A stretch of DNA of 64,000 bases from Octopus vulgaris. Taxonomy: Eukaryota. Each line of letters starts with the position of its first letter. Within the stretch, counting starts at the first letter, position 1. The position numbers and the translations under genes are program-made. The notes beneath the pieces are model-generated. The model was given only the letters and a program-made list of their open reading frames with translations. It had not been told where the DNA came from and did not search any database. Location: positions 60,202,001 through 60,266,000 of the forward strand of contig OX597830.1 of NCBI GenBank assembly GCA_951406725.2, read 5' to 3'. Below, piece after piece: positions 42,798 through 56,701 of the stretch.

Positions 42798-43029
42798 AGG
42801 CGGCGAGCTGGCAGAAACTTTAGCACGCCGGGCGAAATGCGTAGCCGTATTACGTCTGCTGTTACGTTCTCAATTAAAATTCCGCCGAGGTCGACTTTGC
42901 CTTTCATCCTTTCGGGGTCGATTAAATAAGTAGCAGTTACGCACTGGGGTCGATATAATCGACTTAATCCGCTTGTCTGTCCTTGTTTGTCCTCTCTGTG
43001 TTTAGCCCCTTGTGGGTAGTAAAGAAATA
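42798..43029 (+). mobile_element. SINE family C, full length
   Basis: 14-bp TSD ggtataacgggttt (42781-42794 / 43030-43043). Confidence 0.9.
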
Positions 43030-43146
43030 GGTATAACGGGTTTCCTAGTCTTTAGGTGACATATGAAACCTGTTTTCACATTGTGTTGATCGTACAATCC
43101 TCGGTATGATAGACATTCCTGTATCTTGGATCCATGATCTCAAGTA

Positions 43147-43424
43147 GTGGTTAGAGCAGCGGACTCGCGGTCGAGGGATTACGGGTTCGAATCTCAGACC
43201 GGGCGATGTGTGTGTTTATGAGCGAAACACCTAAGTTCCACGCGGCTCCGGCAGAAGGTAATGGCGAACTTCTGCTGACTCTTTCGCCACAACTTTCTCT
43301 CACTCTTTTCTCCTGCATCTTGCAGCTCACCTGCGACGGACCGGTGTCCCGTCCAGGTGGTGAACCTATACGCCAAGGTAGCCTGGAAACCGGCCCTTAT
43401 GAGCCAGGCGTGGCTCGAGAAGGA
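43147..43424 (+). mobile_element. SINE family B1, slightly 5' truncated
   Basis: TSD atgatctcaagta / atgatttcaagta. Confidence 0.9.
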
Positions 43425-43749
43425 ATGATTTCAAGTATAGATACACGATCCTTCAGTAGATAGTCACTAGCTACAGCTATTACGTAAATATGTACCACAT
43501 AACAGGAACCTAAACGATACATTATGTCTTTGATAATTATGGTAACTGTCCTGTAATAATTATGGTAACAGCTACTAAATTGTAGAGAAATTGCTGAATT
43601 GGAAATTAGACAACAGGATATCAAAAGATATCAAATATTGTTGTTGCGTGTAGAGAAGAGACTACAGGATATGATATACTGTTGTAGAAAACGCATGACA
43701 ATATCACTAATATTTGTTTACAGAGAACACACAACTAGATACAAAACAA

Positions 43750-44131
43750 GAGGGAAATGCAATCTTTTAGGATGATAATGCACCAATTCACACATCTAAA
43801 GTTGATACTGAATGGCACGAGGAACATTCTAGTGAAATTGAACATCTTATCTGGCTACCACAGTCACCAGATCTGAATATTATTGAACATTTGTGGTGCA
43901 TTTTAGAAAAACAAGTAAGGAGTCGATATCCTCCACCATCATCACTACAAGAACTGGAGACTGTTTTAGCCGAAGAACGGACAAAAATTCCTTTGGAAAC
44001 AGTTCAAAATTTGTACGAGTGCATACCTCGTAGAATTCAAGCTGTAATTACTGCCAAAGGCAGTCCTACCCCATATTAAAATAAATTTGTTTGAAATTTT
44101 AAGGTGTTTCCATTATTTTGTCCAACCCCTG
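43750..44131 (+). mobile_element. Tc1 transposon 3' relic with right TIR
   Basis: DDNAPIH...WLPQSPDLNIIEHLW...IPRRIQAVITAKGSPTPY*; ends ttttgtccaacccctg|TA. Confidence 0.9.
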
Positions 44132-44484
44132 TATAACGGACAAAATAATGAAGTAGAATCTACAACTATCGAAATATACTTCTACATGTGTCAAATAATA
44201 TCAATCCAAACTCGTTTATGTCGAAGACAATCTTTCGCTATTATAATAACATACAACAATAATGTATATGCATATAATTAAGTATCAGGGTCTTAATTAA
44301 TCTAGAAACTGTAATGAAACGTGTAAAAAATATAAATGATAATTATATTTTTAATATATAATAACTATTCTATTTATTTAAAACTATTGATATAAAAAAG
44401 ATTAAAATAACTAATAAAAAGTGTTCTTTATTGTTTATCGGAGGGAGAATTCGGTAATAAATATGAATAGAAACCTAACAAAAC

Positions 44485-44515
<31 letters not shown>

Positions 44516-44542
44516 TGTATGTATGTATGTATGTATGTATGT

Positions 44543-44764
44543 GGCATATTTCGGTCATATTATGCGGAGAAAAATCCCTGGAGAAGGACATCATGGTCGG
44601 AATGGTGAGTGGCAAGAGAGGAAGAGGTCGACCAAGAACCTGCTGGCTTGACACCATCAAGAGTGATACCAGAATGGACATAGCCAATCTGAAAGCGGCC
44701 CAGGGTAGAACTGACTGGAGGACACTGATCCATCGAGTAACCGAGAGTCGACTTCGACTGAGCG

Positions 44765-44806
<42 letters not shown>
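44543..44806 (+). mobile_element. RTE LINE 3' end with (ATAG)n tail
   Basis: YFGHIMR..SLEKDIMVGMVSGKRGRGRPRTCWLD...DWRTLIHRVTESRLRL. Confidence 0.85.
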
Positions 44807-44807
<1 letters not shown>

Positions 44808-45133
44808 GTATTTATGTATGTGTGTATGTATGTATGAATGTATGTGTGTGTGTGTATGTATGTATGTATGAATGTATGTGTGTGAGTGGAATGCCTGCGG
44901 CTTAAAGTTTCGTGGACACGTAATGAGGCTCAGTTACATTTGTCGTCACATCAAATAGTGAGGTCGAAGCTTTTGTTACTCTGTTGTAGTTGTTTCACTG
45001 TATCAGAAGTGGGATTTGTGAATGCTGACTTCCTAGATATGTTAAAGATGCTTTGAGGGAAACTAGTTTGTATCTTCTTCGATACAGAATATTTTTGAAT
45101 CTGTGTTTATTGACGTATTGCAAGTGTGTTGGT

Positions 45134-45166
<33 letters not shown>

Positions 45167-45492
45167 TGGGGGCAGGGAGAGGGACACAGCGACAGAGATA
45201 GGGAGTAAAATTGGTGAGTGGTGTATTAAGATGCTGACATTTTAATATCCGAGTGAAAGGGTCACTGATATAACCTCACTAAGAGATTTAGTGAAATTAG
45301 AATAGAGGATTAGAGACCAATTTTGGCAGATCAGAAAGGGTGAATAGCAAGAAGAAAAGAGAGCAAAGGAGTGAGAGAGAGAGAAAGGAATCAGAGAGAG
45401 ATATTAGAACGACAGAAAAAAAATGTAATATTCTTCTATGAGAGGATAATGGCATTTCGTTCCACCAATCACATCTAGAGATATGACTGTGT

Positions 45493-45524
<32 letters not shown>

Positions 45525-45781
45525 TGATGTATGAAAATATTGGTGTGTATATGCGTATGCATATATCACACACACAGCAGCATGCTCATACGTGTGTGTA
45601 TATATGCATGTATTTGTACACAATATAAAGGTGTGCGCGTGTAGGAAGTCATTGTTTTTTTTTTTTAAACGATTTATCACATACATATATTTAGACACAC
45701 TGACACATTTATTAATAGTTGCTGATTTCTGTTTTCTGATATCAATCTCTCCACCCCACCCCTAACTGCCACGTACATATA

Positions 45782-45820
<39 letters not shown>

Positions 45821-45824
<4 letters not shown>

Positions 45825-46035
45825 GGCGCAATGGCCTAGTGGTTAGGGCAGCGGACTTGCGGTCGGAGGATCGCGGTTTCGATTCCCAGACCGGGCGTTG
45901 TGTGTGTTTATTGAGCGAAAAAATACCTAAAAGCTCCACGAGGCTCCGGCAGGAGGTGGTGATCCCTGCTGTACTCTTTCACCACTCTAAAGGCGGTGCT
46001 CCAGCATGGCCGCAGTCAAATGACTGAAACAAGTA
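45821..46035 (+). mobile_element. Chimeric SINE: B2 head and body joined to a family A tail
   Basis: B2 sequence up to gtactctttcaccac, then ctaaaggcggtgctccagcatggccgcagtcaaatgactgaaacaagta. Confidence 0.8.
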
Positions 46036-46044
46036 CAAAAAAAA

Positions 46045-46183
<139 letters not shown>

Positions 46184-46583
46184 ATATATGTATATATCTA
46201 TTCATATTCCTTAGCTGTTATGTTTCTACTGTTACCTGATTTATTGAATGCTATTTATGCGTAGGTATTGGTGGTTTTATGTTTGCCAGTTTTAATCTTG
46301 GCTTCTGCTATTGTTTATGGAGTTTATATGTCAAATTATTTTATTTTTCCTTTAACACATTCTTAAGTTAGACATTTGGTAAAGGAATTGTTTAGTCTAT
46401 TTCATTCCTTTTTAGGTTGTACTGTTTTGGATTGTTTCATTTTATGAAGATAGGTTTTAGGTGAGAGGTGTGATATGCCTTGTTGATTTAGTAAGGTGAG
46501 ATAAATACGCTGCATATTTATGTATGAGTGTTTGTATGTACGTATGTATGTATGTTTGTATGCATGTTCGTATGTATATATGT

Positions 46584-46655
<72 letters not shown>

Positions 46656-46717
46656 CACGTTGATAGTGAAGCAAATAAACACGCTTGGGAATGATATTAA
46701 ATGATATATACATACTT

Positions 46718-46890
46718 GCAGGAGTGGCTCTGTGGTAAGTAGCTTGCTAACCAACCACATGGTTCCGGTTTCAGCCCCACTGCGTGACACCTTGGGCAAG
46801 TGTCTCCTACTATAACCTCAGCTGTCAAAAAGGCGGTGCTCCAGCATGGCCGCAGTCAAATGACTAAAACAAATAAAGGAATAAAAGAAT
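46718..46890 (+). mobile_element. SINE family A with internal deletion
   Basis: Head joined directly to tail. Confidence 0.8.
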
Positions 46891-46925
46891 ACATATGTAA
46901 ATACATACATACATATATATATACT

Positions 46926-46987
<62 letters not shown>

Positions 46988-46993
<6 letters not shown>

Positions 46994-47204
46994 ATCCAAA
47001 CAAGAAAACACAGAAAAAAAAGAGAAAAAAACACAGCAACGCAGGACGTGGAACAATTAAAGTATTATTGACGCTCAGGAAAGAAGGGAAGGAGGGTTTA
47101 ACGTTTCGAGCGGAGCTCTTCGTCGGAAACAAGGAGAAGGAAAGATCCCAAGGAGGGAAGACAGAGGAGAAAATATTTGAGCTGGTGGTGCTCAAGAGAT
47201 CACA
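46988..47204 (-). mobile_element. Family D element (hammerhead 47096-47130, CCGACGA core)
   Basis: Reverse complement of 6643-6848. Confidence 0.75.
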
Positions 47205-47285
47205 TGTAAATATATATAGGAAGATATATAAAGAGAAACAAAAACTGAAAATATTCAGAAGATGATCGTTCATGCATGGCTTATA

Positions 47286-47375
47286 TGCTCTGAGGAGATC
47301 GTGCTAATAATACATAAATCACTAGATATGAATATGCAACAATCTGCACTTGGTGCGATCGAAACACGTCACAGA
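47286..47375 (+). ncRNA. Hammerhead motif with extended stem II and degenerate stem I
   Basis: CUGAGGA-GAUCGUGC..48 nt..GUGCGAUC-GAAA-CAC-GUC^. Confidence 0.55.
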
Positions 47376-47612
47376 CTATTATTATGAATAAACTAACTGG
47401 AAATATGCATAAAGTTTGAATGTTCAGATTCTTCATTCTCTTTATTATTAATATCGTACTTTGCACTCTCAGTAGCCAAGAGAAAAACTGGAACGTCGGA
47501 TGGGAGGTCAAGGAAGATAACCAAAAAGACGCACCATCAGAAGGAACCAGCTTTGGCATCTTACTCAGAGAAATTTGGTATCTGTCTGGATATTACATCC
47601 CCACTCTTACTA

Positions 47613-47853
<241 letters not shown>

Positions 47854-48664
47854 ATGAATCGAACTTTAAAAAAGAATTTAATTCGGATAACCCCTTTATG
47901 AAAAAGACAGCAAATAATAATAATACAGAATTGAAAAGAGAACAAACCACCCTTAATTGTGGATACATAAAAGAAAATAATTACACAGAACCAACCACAC
48001 ACCGGAGGAAACACCGTTCACACACTAGAAATAGGGGTGACTCACAACATAAAAATATTAGACTCATGTTCAAAGTTCGCAGCCGACCCTAAATCTTGGA
48101 AAAACACAAGAGGATACTAGAAATAGGGAATGTTCCGCAAACCAGAAACCTCAGAAAAAACTGCTGCAAACAGGAATGAAAGGGACACAAGGCACTATAC
48201 CCAATGCCAATCAAAGGACCCCTAACACACATGAACACACACAACAATTCAATAGAGCAATATCAGCACGCTTTTAACCCAAATCCCAACAGATACATCA
48301 ACAACACAAACCGACACAACCTCAACTAACGTTTCTTAACCCCAGACTAGAGATATTGTATTCACTGATTATCTCTTTCGCTAAAAAAAAAAAACATTCT
48401 ATTCACTGATTACCCTCCTTGAGCTATACTCTCCTTTGTAAACGCAAACGTGTTTCGTACTTGCTTCTACGCAGGATTAAATCAAAAACTTATTATGATT
48501 TCAAAACTTTGAGTCGTAGTAAGCGAAGCAAAGCCGTTTGATTCTATACGTATTCTAATGGATTAAATAATCTTTATCACCACAAACAGGGTTTCTGTGC
48601 TTTTTCACCTTAAATCATATTTTATATTTACCACACACGCAAACACACACACACACATATATGA

Positions 48665-48698
<34 letters not shown>

Positions 48699-49165
48699 GT
48701 ATATTTTAATCCGATCGGGTACGGAGTTGACCAACCTAGAGGACTCATTATTTTACTTTTGCTTACCTACAATATGGTGTGTTGTTTCTCGGAGATTTTA
48801 AGGTGGTAATAGGAGCTTTAGCGTCTATTTCTAGCAGTGCGTGGTGAGGCGTAAAGCCAACCCCTTGTTATAATTATGGATATAATTATAAAATATTTTA
48901 TATGTATATACATGCATATATATAAATATATGTATAAACACACACATACACACACTTATATCTAAATACAGACACACACTCACACGCATATATATATATA
49001 TATACAAATACACACACATATACATGCATACATTCCGAGAGAAAGTTCAAAAGTAAATAGGCACCCCTCATTATGCCGTTTTATCCGTGCTCACATACAT
49101 ACATACATATATGCATGCGTCTATATACACGTGCGCGCCCCCTTCCTATATATATACATATATAT

Positions 49166-49342
49166 AGGGAGAGTTTACGAAAATAAAACAACAAAAGACG
49201 AAGATGGTGTACAAAACAAACAGATGTATTAGTATAACGCTCAGGAATAGAAAAAGTCTTTTACGTTTCGAGCCTACGCTCTTCTACAGAAAGGGACACA
49301 GAAAACAAGGAGAGAAAAAATGTGTGTTGTGGTTAACGATCT

Positions 49343-49346
<4 letters not shown>
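49166..49346 (-). mobile_element. Family E element (hammerhead 49258-49293, CUGUAGA core)
   Basis: Homologous to 24691-24880; TA repeats on both sides. Confidence 0.65.
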
Positions 49347-49405
<59 letters not shown>

Positions 49406-49802
49406 GTGAATGTATGTACGTATGTATGCATCACATAAACGAAAATGCGATGAGAGAGATAACTCGGAGAGCAGTGGCGTGTATTTGAGTAACAATGACA
49501 AATAAAGGTATATTTCGACTTATAGAAACTATCTCTGCTTCCAGAAAAGGTGAAAAGATTATCTTCGCTTCTCATATGCTGTTGGTTCCAATTGCTTTGT
49601 GGCTATTGCAACCTACTCTAAACAAGAAGCAGCGAGAATCTTATGACTCAAATTCTCTAAAATTGATGGCCCATTCAAGGACAGTTTCAATCTCTGGAAA
49701 CAACAATTTGGATACGTGTTTCTACGTCAATAGCCGTCACCAGCACAGTAAAATATCTCTGTATGTGTATGTTTACATGCTACATACATATACATACACC
49801 AA

Positions 49803-49825
<23 letters not shown>

Positions 49826-49833
<8 letters not shown>

Positions 49834-50097
49834 TAAATTAGAGATAAAACCATTATTAGACAAATCAAACAATGAAAAACATAAGCCAATAGATAAAATT
49901 AATTAATTTATATTATTTTAAATATATATCAAAAGTATTAAAAGTTTAATAAAAGATACTCTTTATCTTTTGTTAAACTTTTAATACTTTTGATATATAT
50001 TTAAAATAATATAAATTAAATTAATTTTATCTATTGGCTTATGTTTTTCATTGTTTGATTTGTCTAATAGTGGTCTTATCTCTAATTTAATATAATA
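49826..50097. repeat. Near-perfect palindrome with ~133-bp arms and 5-bp spacer, between (TA)n tracts
   Basis: Arms 49826-49958 and 49964-50097; partial third copy at ~50452-50473. Confidence 0.9.
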
Positions 50098-50191
50098 TAA
50101 TATAATATATTTAAACTATAAAATTGGATTTAATCCTAAATCTAATTTTTCCCTGTAAATTTGGATTTATTCCCTAATATTTTATTATATA

Positions 50192-50425
<234 letters not shown>

Positions 50426-50548
50426 ACAGAGGTGTGTGTGTGTGTGTGTGCGTGGTTTTATCTCTAATTTAATTTATATATATATATATCTGTATATGTA
50501 TGTATGTATGCATATGTATATATATTATGTGTGTATGTGTATAAATAA

Positions 50549-50591
<43 letters not shown>

Positions 50592-51585
50592 TATTTATAC
50601 ACATAAATTAATATATACGTGCACGTGTGTATATATATATGCATATGAGTGTGTGAATTAGTGTGTATATGTTTGTGCATGTGTGTATGTGTTTGTGTGT
50701 GTGCGCTCGTGCACCTCCGGATTTGATGTGGAAATCTGCCCACGAATTTTTGCTGTTGACGTGTTAATGTGAATGCGACACAGTAAAACAAACAGAGAGA
50801 GTTTGTCGACAATATTTCGTGTTCACCTAACGATATGAACAAGATGCGCTTCTGTTTTCCTCCGCTGTATTAACAACAGTAACTTTATTATTCATATGTG
50901 AGCAAGGAACTACTGCCTACTTCGATGTTACATTTAGGCTCCAAACCTTTCAAATATGCTAGCTTCGATAGATCGATATGATATTCGGGCATGTTAATAT
51001 TGATTATTTTCTACTATGTATGAGGAGATATGTTGACGTGGAATGATTTAATGGAGTGAATCGAGCCCAGTATGTTTCATCAACCACACAACTATTTTGG
51101 ATGCCAGCGAGATTTATACACATAATGTGTTAAATATTTGGTCCGTCGCCCCCCCACCAGCGACCATCAACTCCACCATCTTATATAACATGTCAGTAGT
51201 TGCGTCTTATTTGAAAATTTGATTAAATGCGAAGTGGTGTAGTCGATCGAATTATTCCCCAGTATAGTAAGTGTATAGAACATATTTTATCGACCCTGGA
51301 CATACAAAAGTCGAACGCGCTCTGGTGGGATTTGTAAAATCTTCTCCCGCCATTTATAAATACATCTCAAAATCGGTTTTCATCCGTTTAGCTATGAAGG
51401 CATTCGCTTCAGGTCTATATATGCTCTTCTAAAATTTCACACACACACACACACACACAGGGTTGGCAAAAAAAATCATGCATAAAAAAATTCAATACGC
51501 TCAAGAATTGACTAAAATTGAATTAAAATAATGATGAATACATACGTATATGATGAACAAAATGAATAATAATGATAATAATAAA

Positions 51586-51736
51586 GAGAAGAAGAAGAAG
51601 AAGAAGAAGAAGAAGAAGAAGAAGAAGAAGAAGAAGAAGAAGAAGAAGAAGAAGAAGAAGAAGAAGAAGAAGAAGAAGAAGAAGAAGAAGAAGAAGAAGA
51701 AGAAGAAGAAGAAGAAGAAGAAGAAGAAGAAGAAGA
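51586..51736. repeat. (AAG)n, ~150 bp
   Basis: Direct inspection. Confidence 0.95.
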
Positions 51737-51770
51737 ATGATAATAATGGTTTCAAATTTTGACACAAAAT

Positions 51771-51915
51771 GAGTCGATTACATCGACCCCAGTGTTCAAC
51801 TGGTACATATTTTATCGACCCAGAAAGGATGAAAGGATGAAAGGTAATTTGAACTCGGAACGTAAAGACAGACGAAGTACCCACTAAGCATTTTGCTAAA
51901 GATTCTGCCAGCTAC
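51771..51915 (-). mobile_element. SINE family C, internally deleted
   Basis: agtcgattacatcgaccccagtg...gaaaggatgaaagg...ttctgccagct. Confidence 0.75.
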
Positions 51916-51994
51916 ACACACACAAAGCACACACACACACACATTCATTATTTTCTTTTCTTTCACTTGTCTCAGTCGTTACATCGTCCACACT

Positions 51995-52570
51995 GTTCAT
52001 TGAAGATATCACGCACATCATAAGCAGTTGTCCAAAAATGTCATCACGATTTTATCTACCGATGAGACATGATATTGTAGCTAGAACACTCTACAAGGAA
52101 ATCCGTCGGAAGGATAATCCCAATGACAAAGAAATAAGAACTCACAATATGGTAGAAGCCATAGTCACTCATAATAAAAAGGAATACTGGTGGAATGTAT
52201 CATTGAAGACCTTAATAGAATGTTAGCAAAACAGACCTGATATAATGAGTTAGGATAGAGAAGAGGAAACTGCACAGTTGTGGAAATTAGCTGCCCAGCG
52301 GATGTAAACATAAAGCTGATGATCAGTGAAAAAGAGAACACCTATGCTGAACTATAGAGAAATCTGCAGTTACTCTGTCCAGATTACAAGTTCAAGTTTA
52401 TACCTGCAATTATTGGGGCCCTGGAATATGTAACAACCTCTCTAAATATCTTTCTGAGAAATTAGACTTCTCAAAACCAGAAAGGAGAAAGCTAATTCGA
52501 AGACTACAGATACAATCCATCACTGGAACTGTAAAAATCTGTAAAACTTTCCAGAAGTTTATCATTTAAA
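51995..52570 (+). mobile_element. R4/Dong-type LINE 3' fragment
   Basis: EDITHIISSCPKMSSRFYLPMRHDIVAR...EYWWN...RPDI...VVEISCPAD...IIGAL. Confidence 0.85.
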
Positions 52571-52831
52571 TATATATGAGCATGTCTAAATATGCAACTA
52601 TATGAATGAGAATCCATACATACAACATACAAATCTGCATATACATACATACATACATACATACATACATACATACATACATACATTGATATGTATATGT
52701 TTATATACATCTACATGCATGCATATAAATGTATCTCATCCATATACCATAGTATATATATTAACAAATATATGATCATTATATGTATGTTAATATATGC
52801 GTATAGCTATGTATATATGTATATATATATT

Positions 52832-52867
<36 letters not shown>

Positions 52868-52974
52868 TATATGTATATATATTTATGTATATGTATATAT
52901 GTATATGTATATATATATGTATATGTACACGTAGACACACGCACAAAAACTATATATATAATAAATTTCCTTAC

Positions 52975-53074
52975 TTTTAATCATTCTCATCCTTTTCGTT
53001 TGGAATTTGCTGTCAACCAATGATTGTGGCCCGTTGGTGCTTCCATTTAATTGGAATATCCTGCTTCTAATATT
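52975..53074 (-). CDS. Candidate upstream exon (100 nt) [33 protein letters not shown]
   Basis: tattatag| acceptor and |gtaagg donor; only one frame open; phase does not join directly to 39807. Confidence 0.25.
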
Positions 53075-54273
53075 CTATAATAATAATAATAGTTTATATG
53101 TTGTACATATCATCAATTTCGTGTAAAACATGGTAAAAAAAGCCACGGAATTTAGAATAGAATATAATCAGTTAAAGAAACGCAGTAAAAGAGTTATTTT
53201 ATTTTATTGACCCCCGGAAGGATGAAAGGCGCGGTTGCCTTTTGCTGGATGTGAAGCATTTTGCCTGACGTTTTGTTATGGGAATCCACTATTGTAAATG
53301 AAATATAAATATTGTTATTTATTGTACTGATCTGGCCAAACTGGTGTGATAAATTCAACTGATATTTAACTTCCCGTTGTTGAGTTGATACCTGCAGTGT
53401 AATTGTTACTGCGCAGAAATCTCCAGAGAATTACAAACTGGTCAATAGGGCTATAACATAGTAATAGTGACGGTTAGAAGTGACGTGTGAGTATTGGGTG
53501 TGTCTTGCTGAAGCTAATACACAGCTTGTTTGTCCCAAGGAACCGGAAACTCTGTGGCATTGTTAGAAGAGAGAGCGCGCGCGAGAGAGAGAGAGAGCGA
53601 ATGAAGTGTGAGAGGAGGAGAGATGGATAGATGAAGAAAATTGTGGTTGGGCTGGGACAGTGAAAGTAGAATTTTTGTAAAAAAAAAAAAAAAAGGGTTT
53701 GCCAATCAGTCGGATAGCCAATAACTCACACAATATATGATAAATGGATAATGAAATGTCAAAATATCCCTTCACTGTAGATCAAAGAGAATATTTTTTT
53801 TTAAATTGCTTCATTCTTTACCGAAATAGCAGGAAAAATAGATATATGAACATCTCTCAATTAAGTATTTTGGCACTATAGAGGAATCCGCTAGCTTTGA
53901 AGAAAATACTATTGAAATAGGAGCTTGTATTAGGACCGCAAGCTGGCAGAACCGATAATATCTCTGGGCAGAAAACATGACATCATTTCGTCCGTCTTTA
54001 TATTTTGAGCTCAACTCCTTCTTCATTGCAGGCAAAGAAATATACACAAATACGTTACATCCACTTTTCCCCAATATTTTTGGGAAAACTCTTGTGTACC
54101 TAAGATATTTAGGGCTTTCAAGTAGGTTGATGCGTAAAAATATTTTTTTGACATCATACTGTTTTAGAGAAAATGGAAATTTAAGTTGAATTTAAAGGGG
54201 AAAACACTACGTTAATAGATAACATACAGATATTTCCACAAAATCAATCATTTTCCAATGTAAATGAATTATA

Positions 54274-55551
54274 TTGGATCATCCCATAAATAATGCGGTT
54301 ATTTTTATACTCGTTTTGTCTTTCCAAATTAAGATAAACAAAGCTCTTTTTAAATCTAAAATACACTCTCCTTCATTTTCTACAATGCGCTTCCATCTAT
54401 CTGGTAGACTTGCAAGGCCCCTCTTCCGAAATTCATTTGTCTGTGACGAAAAATACTCCTCCAGTACTGTTCTGACCTCATTTACAGAATTCATATTTTT
54501 TCCGCCTAAATGATTTTGAAGACTGCAAAATAAATGATAATCAGATGAGGCACTGTCCGGTGAATATAATGGGTGGGACATCGTTTCACATTGAAACTGC
54601 TCCAGCCTTTGAAATGTCGTCCTCGCTGTATGTGACTGAGCATTATCCTGATGGTAGGACACTTTTCGTCTTGAAATAAAAGATGGCCGTTTTTCTTCTA
54701 GCGCTGACTGAAGCCGCTCAGGCCATTCGCAGTAGATCTCCTTTGTTATCGTTTGGTTTGGGTTTAAAAGATCAAAGTGAACTAAACCTTTCATACCTCA
54801 CCAAACAGATAACAACACCATACGTGGATGAAGACCTTCTTTCGCCTGTGGTGCAGGTGTTTCTCCTTTCTCAACCAACTGTCTTTGACGCTTGACATTT
54901 TTATAGAGAACCCATTTCTTGTCACCAGTCACTATTTGGTCCAAAGAAGATTCATCTGTGTGACGGGACAACAAAGAAGAGCACATATTCACTCGCTGCG
55001 CGCGATTAGACTCGGAAAGTTTGTGAGGAACCCATTGACCCAATTTATTGATTTTTCTGATGGCACTCAAGTGTCGATGGATGGTTGAACGGCCAAATCC
55101 AAGATTCTCTGCTAGTTCCTCAACAGTTACGATGGGATTTTGTTCCACCAAGGTTTGCAGGACGTCCTCGTCGAGCTCTACAGATCTTCCAGCACGAGGC
55201 TTGTCTTCTGGGCTGTAGTTTCCGGCTCGAAATTTCCGGAACCACTGTTGACGCTGGCTTACGCTTATTGTCCGATCCCCATATACTTACATTAATATTC
55301 CTCGCACTATCCATCACACTGTTGCCTTTATTGAACTCATAAAGCAAAATATGTCGAACATGCTCTTTTGGCACTTCCATTATGGCTTTGATAATATAAC
55401 TGTTAAAATCGAACTGCACTCTTCAAAACTTGCATTAAGAATAAGTACAATTACAACCTGTTTTATAGCAAATTGATGCAGGTTGTTTAACCTCCTCCGA
55501 ATTTTAGTTCATGCTATTGAAAAAAACCACATTATTTATGGGACAACCTAA
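54274..55551 (-). mobile_element. Full-length mariner (1278 bp) with TIRs and TA TSD
   Basis: TA|ttggatcatcccataaataatgcggtt ... aaccacattatttatgggacaacctaa|TA. Confidence 0.95.
54351..55380 (-). pseudogene. Frameshifted mariner D,D34D transposase
   Basis: MEVPKEHVRHILLYEF, WVPHKL, IVTGDKKW, HQDNA and YSPDSASSDYHLF split over three ORFs. Confidence 0.92.
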
Positions 55552-55798
55552 TATTTTGAGGGCAAGAAGATAAAATTCCTCCAAAATATGTCTAATTTCA
55601 GGATGGATTTCAGAAAATTTTATATAAAAAACCTATTTTACGAAATTAACATCCCTGGAAAGATATGAAATACTTCAAATAGATTGCAAATAATTTTGAA
55701 GCAACCTTCAATTTTACATTTTTTAGCCATGTTACATTCAATATGTAATTCTCACTTTCTATAGCTCACATTGTCTCTCACATACACACGTACACACA

Positions 55799-55996
<198 letters not shown>

Positions 55997-56235
55997 GAAG
56001 AAGTTGTAGGTAACAAGAAGGAGTACAAAGAAACATTTATTTGTAATCACTACAATTGCTTCCACGCAACGTAGTTCTCCAGATTCGCAGTTATTTGGTT
56101 ATGAAACCGTCTCCCTGCATTGTGAGATCTTGTGTTTCAGCATGTGATATATAAATATAGCTTCTGTGTTCAATAAACTCAAATTTTCGCCTACGACCAC
56201 ATCCTTTCTGTCTGTCGTGGCTATGCGAGGAGGTA

Positions 56236-56270
<35 letters not shown>

Positions 56271-56276
<6 letters not shown>

Positions 56277-56518
56277 ATCCAAACATGAAAACACAACAAC
56301 GCGAGGATGTGGAACAAATATAGTATTATTGGACGCTCAGGAAAGAAGGAAAGAAGGAGGGTTTAACGTTTCGAGCGAGCTCTTCGTCGGAAACATAGAA
56401 GAAGGAAAGATCCAGAGAAGGGAAGACAGAGGAAAAAGAATCGCCAACGGTACACACAAGGTCACATTTTGAACTGCATATATAAATCGCCAACGGTACA
56501 CACGAGTCCATATTTTGA

Positions 56519-56522
<4 letters not shown>
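56271..56522 (-). mobile_element. Family D element (hammerhead 56361-56394) with ~46-bp tandem duplication of one end
   Basis: aatcgccaacggtacacac...ttttgaact occurs twice; (TA)n on both sides. Confidence 0.75.
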
Positions 56523-56573
<51 letters not shown>

Positions 56574-56668
56574 AGATAGATAGATAGATAGATATAGATA
56601 TATAGATATAGATATATATATACATACATCCATCCATCCATCCATACATACATACATACATACATACA

Positions 56669-56701
<33 letters not shown>

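Noticed and set aside
49460-49700. Cys-containing minus-strand peptide FYKSKYTFICHC (EGF-like?); similarly KCTNKCQYKC near 39830
   Set aside because: No convincing splice boundaries and the frames are interrupted; too short to support.
52317-52335. CTGATGA...GAAA
   Set aside because: Lies inside a Dong ORF relic with no stems; chance match.
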